Positions 61,500-64,000 of a stretch of DNA of 64,000 nt are shown piece by piece. Location of the stretch: assembly GCF_000142905.1 (NCBI RefSeq), contig NW_013657650.1, forward strand, positions 1 to 64,000. The letters run 5' to 3'. Under the pieces are notes generated by a model. The model saw only the letters and a list, made by a program, of their open reading frames with translations, ran no database searches and was not told the DNA's origin. The DNA is from Thecamonas trahens ATCC 50062. Taxonomy: Eukaryota; Protista; Apusomonadida. Numbering within the stretch: position 1 is the first letter of the stretch; every line of letters begins with the position of its first letter. The translations under genes were made by a program, and so were the position numbers.

Positions 61500-62274
61500 A
61501 TACTCGCCTTCCCAGCACCAGAGATGGTGCTCAAACGCCAGCAGAGTCAAGTGGCGTGTCAGGCACCCGCATCCGGCGCCGTCGCCTCTCTGCTTCCGAC
61601 CACCGATGCCATTCAGGGAATACTATCAGAGCATGTCGTGGCGAATCAGATGGCATTGGAAGCTTGTTCTGGGTATGGGCAGGAGGAGGAGGGGGGGGGG
61701 GGGGGGGGGTCGAGTTGTAGCCGTTGCCTGTCGGCCCGCCGTGGTTGCGGGGTGAGTGCTCCTGTGCGCGTACATGCCACGGCACCATCGTCACCCATCA
61801 TCACTGCGAAGCCTTGTACGTCGTGTATACGATTGATACTGTTGATCACCCATGTTTGTGCATCTTGCGTTGGCTCTGGCTTGTCTTGATCATACGTGGT
61901 GTCCGGTGCAAAGGTGAAGGGAGGGGTGGCCGATCAGAGCCCATGCCTGAGCCCAGGTCATGCCCAACCCAGCCCCACCGCTTTTATGCCCATGACCTGC
62001 ACCCCCCCCCCCCCCCCAACCCCATCTTCTCTCTCCCCCATATCTGATCTGCCGTGTATGTACGGCATCCATCGCCATCGCCACTCTCCGCCGCCGGCAC
62101 CCTCCGCCCGCGCACCAATGGCCCCCGGTGCCACGAGGTCACAAGCCGATCGGCGGCATGCGCGGGCTCCGACAAAGCCCCTACCCCCGCCACTTACGCA
62201 CAGTCCCCACTCGCCCACCGCCACACACACCTCACTTATCTACTTGACGCGTCAGCTGCTCCGCGCGAGGTTGC

Positions 62275-64000
62275 ATGCGTGCTGCACATGCCCTGAGAGT
62301 ATGGCTCTCGTCGACTCGAGTCGGTCGTCGGGCGGCGGCCGGCAGAGTGGCCGCTGGGCTAGTGGAGACGGCAGCCGTGGCGGAGACGGCGCCAAGTGCT
62401 GGGAAGGGGGTGAACGACCGGGCGACGGCGGCCGAATCGGACATGGCTCAAATGATGATGGCGGCCGAATCGGACATGGCTCAAATGATGATGGCGGCCG
62501 AATCGGACATGGCTCAGATGATGACGGCGGCCGAATCGGACGTGGCTCAGATAACGACCGCGGCCGCGGGCGATGTTGTCCCGGTGGCGTCGGCGACTGG
62601 TCGGTGGTACAGCAGGACAACTGCGATGCCTTTCCATGCGCGAACATCACCTCACCGTGGCACGGTCCTCTGCCGCTTCACCTCTTCGACTGCCGCCCGG
62701 CCCCTGTCCACGCCTGAACTGGCTCTGCGATTAGCGGCTGCTCGCCCGCACGACTTTACTCTGCAGTACCCGATCCGGCGCGAGTACTTTCTCGACACGT
62801 TTGTCCAGCAAGCACCGGCCCGCATCCGTAAGAGGCGGCACAATGGTGCGCGCTTGGTGGCGGCAGGCGCCGAGGCGCTCGAGAGCAGCATCGCAGAGAC
62901 TGTGGCCGACTTGGCTGAGTCCCGGCCGCCGCTGCTGGTCTACGTCCACGTCCCATTCTGTGCATCAAAGTGCACGTACTGCAACTTTGCTGTCGACACG
63001 CGCCAAACGAGCACACTCCACGCAGCATACGTGCACGCGCTTGGACGTCAGATGGCTGCCCTCGAGGCCATGCTTCCTCCAGACAAGATCCTTGGCGGCA
63101 TTGACATCGGCGGCGGGACGCCGACGCTGCTCTCAACGTCACTTCTGCGTGAGCTCCTCGATCAGCTCGCGCCACTGCGGGCCCGAGTTGCACCGTCGTT
63201 GGAGCACCCTCTCTCAATCGAGACAACGCCGGCCATTGCGTCGGCCGAGCCTGACAAGATGGCAGCACTTGTGGCCGGCAGCGTCGACCGCATCTCTATG
63301 GGCCTACAGTCGTCGTCGGCGGCTGTTCTTCGCGATCTCAACCGCGAGGCCCAGGTCGATGCGCCAGCCCGTGCTGCAGACGCCATCCATGCTGCTGGCT
63401 TTAAGCGGTTCTCGGTCGACATCATTTTTGGTCTTCCGGACCAGACCATGGAGATGTGGATGGCCGACGTGGCCGCCGCCATCGCCCTCGCACCCGACGC
63501 CATCACCACCTACGACTGCCTCTATCGTGGCAAGGGCCGGGTCATGACTCGCCACACCGCCGCCGCCGCGCTGCCGTCGTGGCGCCGCCACTACGGGCCC
63601 ATGTACGATGCCGCCTACGATGCACTTGCCGCTGCTGGCTACGTCGCTCCATACGGTTCGGTCAACTACTCGCGCCAACCTGGCGAGACCGGCACCTCGG
63701 CGTACTTTGAGGCTCGCCTCCGCGATGGCGCCCCCTACATCGGCCTCGGCAATTACGCCTCGTCGCTTCTCGGCGGCCCGCTTGACACATGGGCCTTTGC
63801 CCCCTACACCGTCGACGGCTACCTCGCCGCCATTGACGCGGACAACCTCTTCCCCGCCGACTTTGCCTACGCTCTCCCCACTTCCGAGCTTGCGGCCAAG
63901 ACCGCGCTCCTCCAGCTCACTTTCGGCAGCGTCGACCTCACGCGGCTGGCTCGCTCGCTCGGCTGCGACGTCGACGCCGTCGCCGCCGAGCTCGGTCCGG
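62275..64000 (+). CDS. HemN/HemW-like radical SAM protein with a mitochondrial-type presequence; 3' end lies beyond the window and it is absent from the ORF track
   Basis: Manual translation: MRAAHALRVWLSSTRVGRR...LVYVHVPFCASKCTYCNF (CxxxCxxC), DIGGGTPTLL, SIETTP, RISMGLQS, VDIIFGLPDQT and YIGLGNYASS. Confidence 0.9.
   Translation, partial: MRAAHALRVWLSSTRVGRRAAAGRVAAGLVETAAVAETAPSAGKGVNDRATAAESDMAQMMMAAESDMAQMMMAAESDMAQMMTAAESDVAQITTAAAGDVVPVASATGRWYSRTTAMPFHARTSPHRGTVLCRFTSSTAARPLSTPELALRLAAARPHDFTLQYPIRREYFLDTFVQQAPARIRKRRHNGARLVAAGAEALESSIAETVADLAESRPPLLVYVHVPFCASKCTYCNFAVDTRQTSTLHAAYVHALGRQMAALEAMLPPDKILGGIDIGGGTPTLLSTSLLRELLDQLAPLRARVAPSLEHPLSIETTPAIASAEPDKMAALVAGSVDRISMGLQSSSAAVLRDLNREAQVDAPARAADAIHAAGFKRFSVDIIFGLPDQTMEMWMADVAAAIALAPDAITTYDCLYRGKGRVMTRHTAAAALPSWRRHYGPMYDAAYDALAAAGYVAPYGSVNYSRQPGETGTSAYFEARLRDGAPYIGLGNYASSLLGGPLDTWAFAPYTVDGYLAAIDADNLFPADFAYALPTSELAAKTALLQLTFGSVDLTRLARSLGCDVDAVAAELGP
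62428..62559 (+). repeat. 33-bp coding tandem repeat x4 (AAESDMAQMMM)
   Basis: gcggccgaatcggacatggctcaaatgatgatg is repeated. Confidence 0.92.

Noticed and set aside
1-64000. tRNA, rRNA, transposase or reverse-transcriptase genes
   Set aside because: None recognised by eye; a tRNAscan-SE, Infernal or Dfam scan would be needed to exclude them.

Overview
Left end of a GC-rich, gene-dense, intron-poor eukaryotic chromosome: a (CCCTAA)n telomere, about 3 kb of subtelomeric sequence, about 28 protein genes and one 100-N gap. Gene content and style suggest a unicellular obazoan, most likely an apusomonad such as Thecamonas; this is an inference. Recognisable genes include DENND11/LCHN, a divergent CK2-alpha, an ABC1/ADCK kinase, CTNNBL1, proteasome Rpt4, SMC6, a GT31 glycosyltransferase, a selenocysteine thioredoxin reductase (GC-UGA-G, with a candidate SECIS), ABHD18, a membrane aspartic protease, RMDN, HemK, a DHHC palmitoyltransferase, a Vip1/BPA1-like RRM protein and a HemN-like radical SAM protein. 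The highlight is a head-to-head integrin alpha-like/integrin beta pair 638 bp apart. The alpha-like gene has a 7-blade FG-GAP propeller with a pentraxin/LamG-like module inserted between blades 2 and 3, where animal alpha-I domains insert. It also has a bacterial-type N-terminal domain, about five DUF11-like Ig repeats and no visible transmembrane helix. Also notable are a NIPA-like transporter fused to a bacterial-type PI-PLC domain, phase-1 G-rich 5' introns, and several single-base frameshifts that are probably assembly errors. All domain calls are by eye from motifs; no searches were run.
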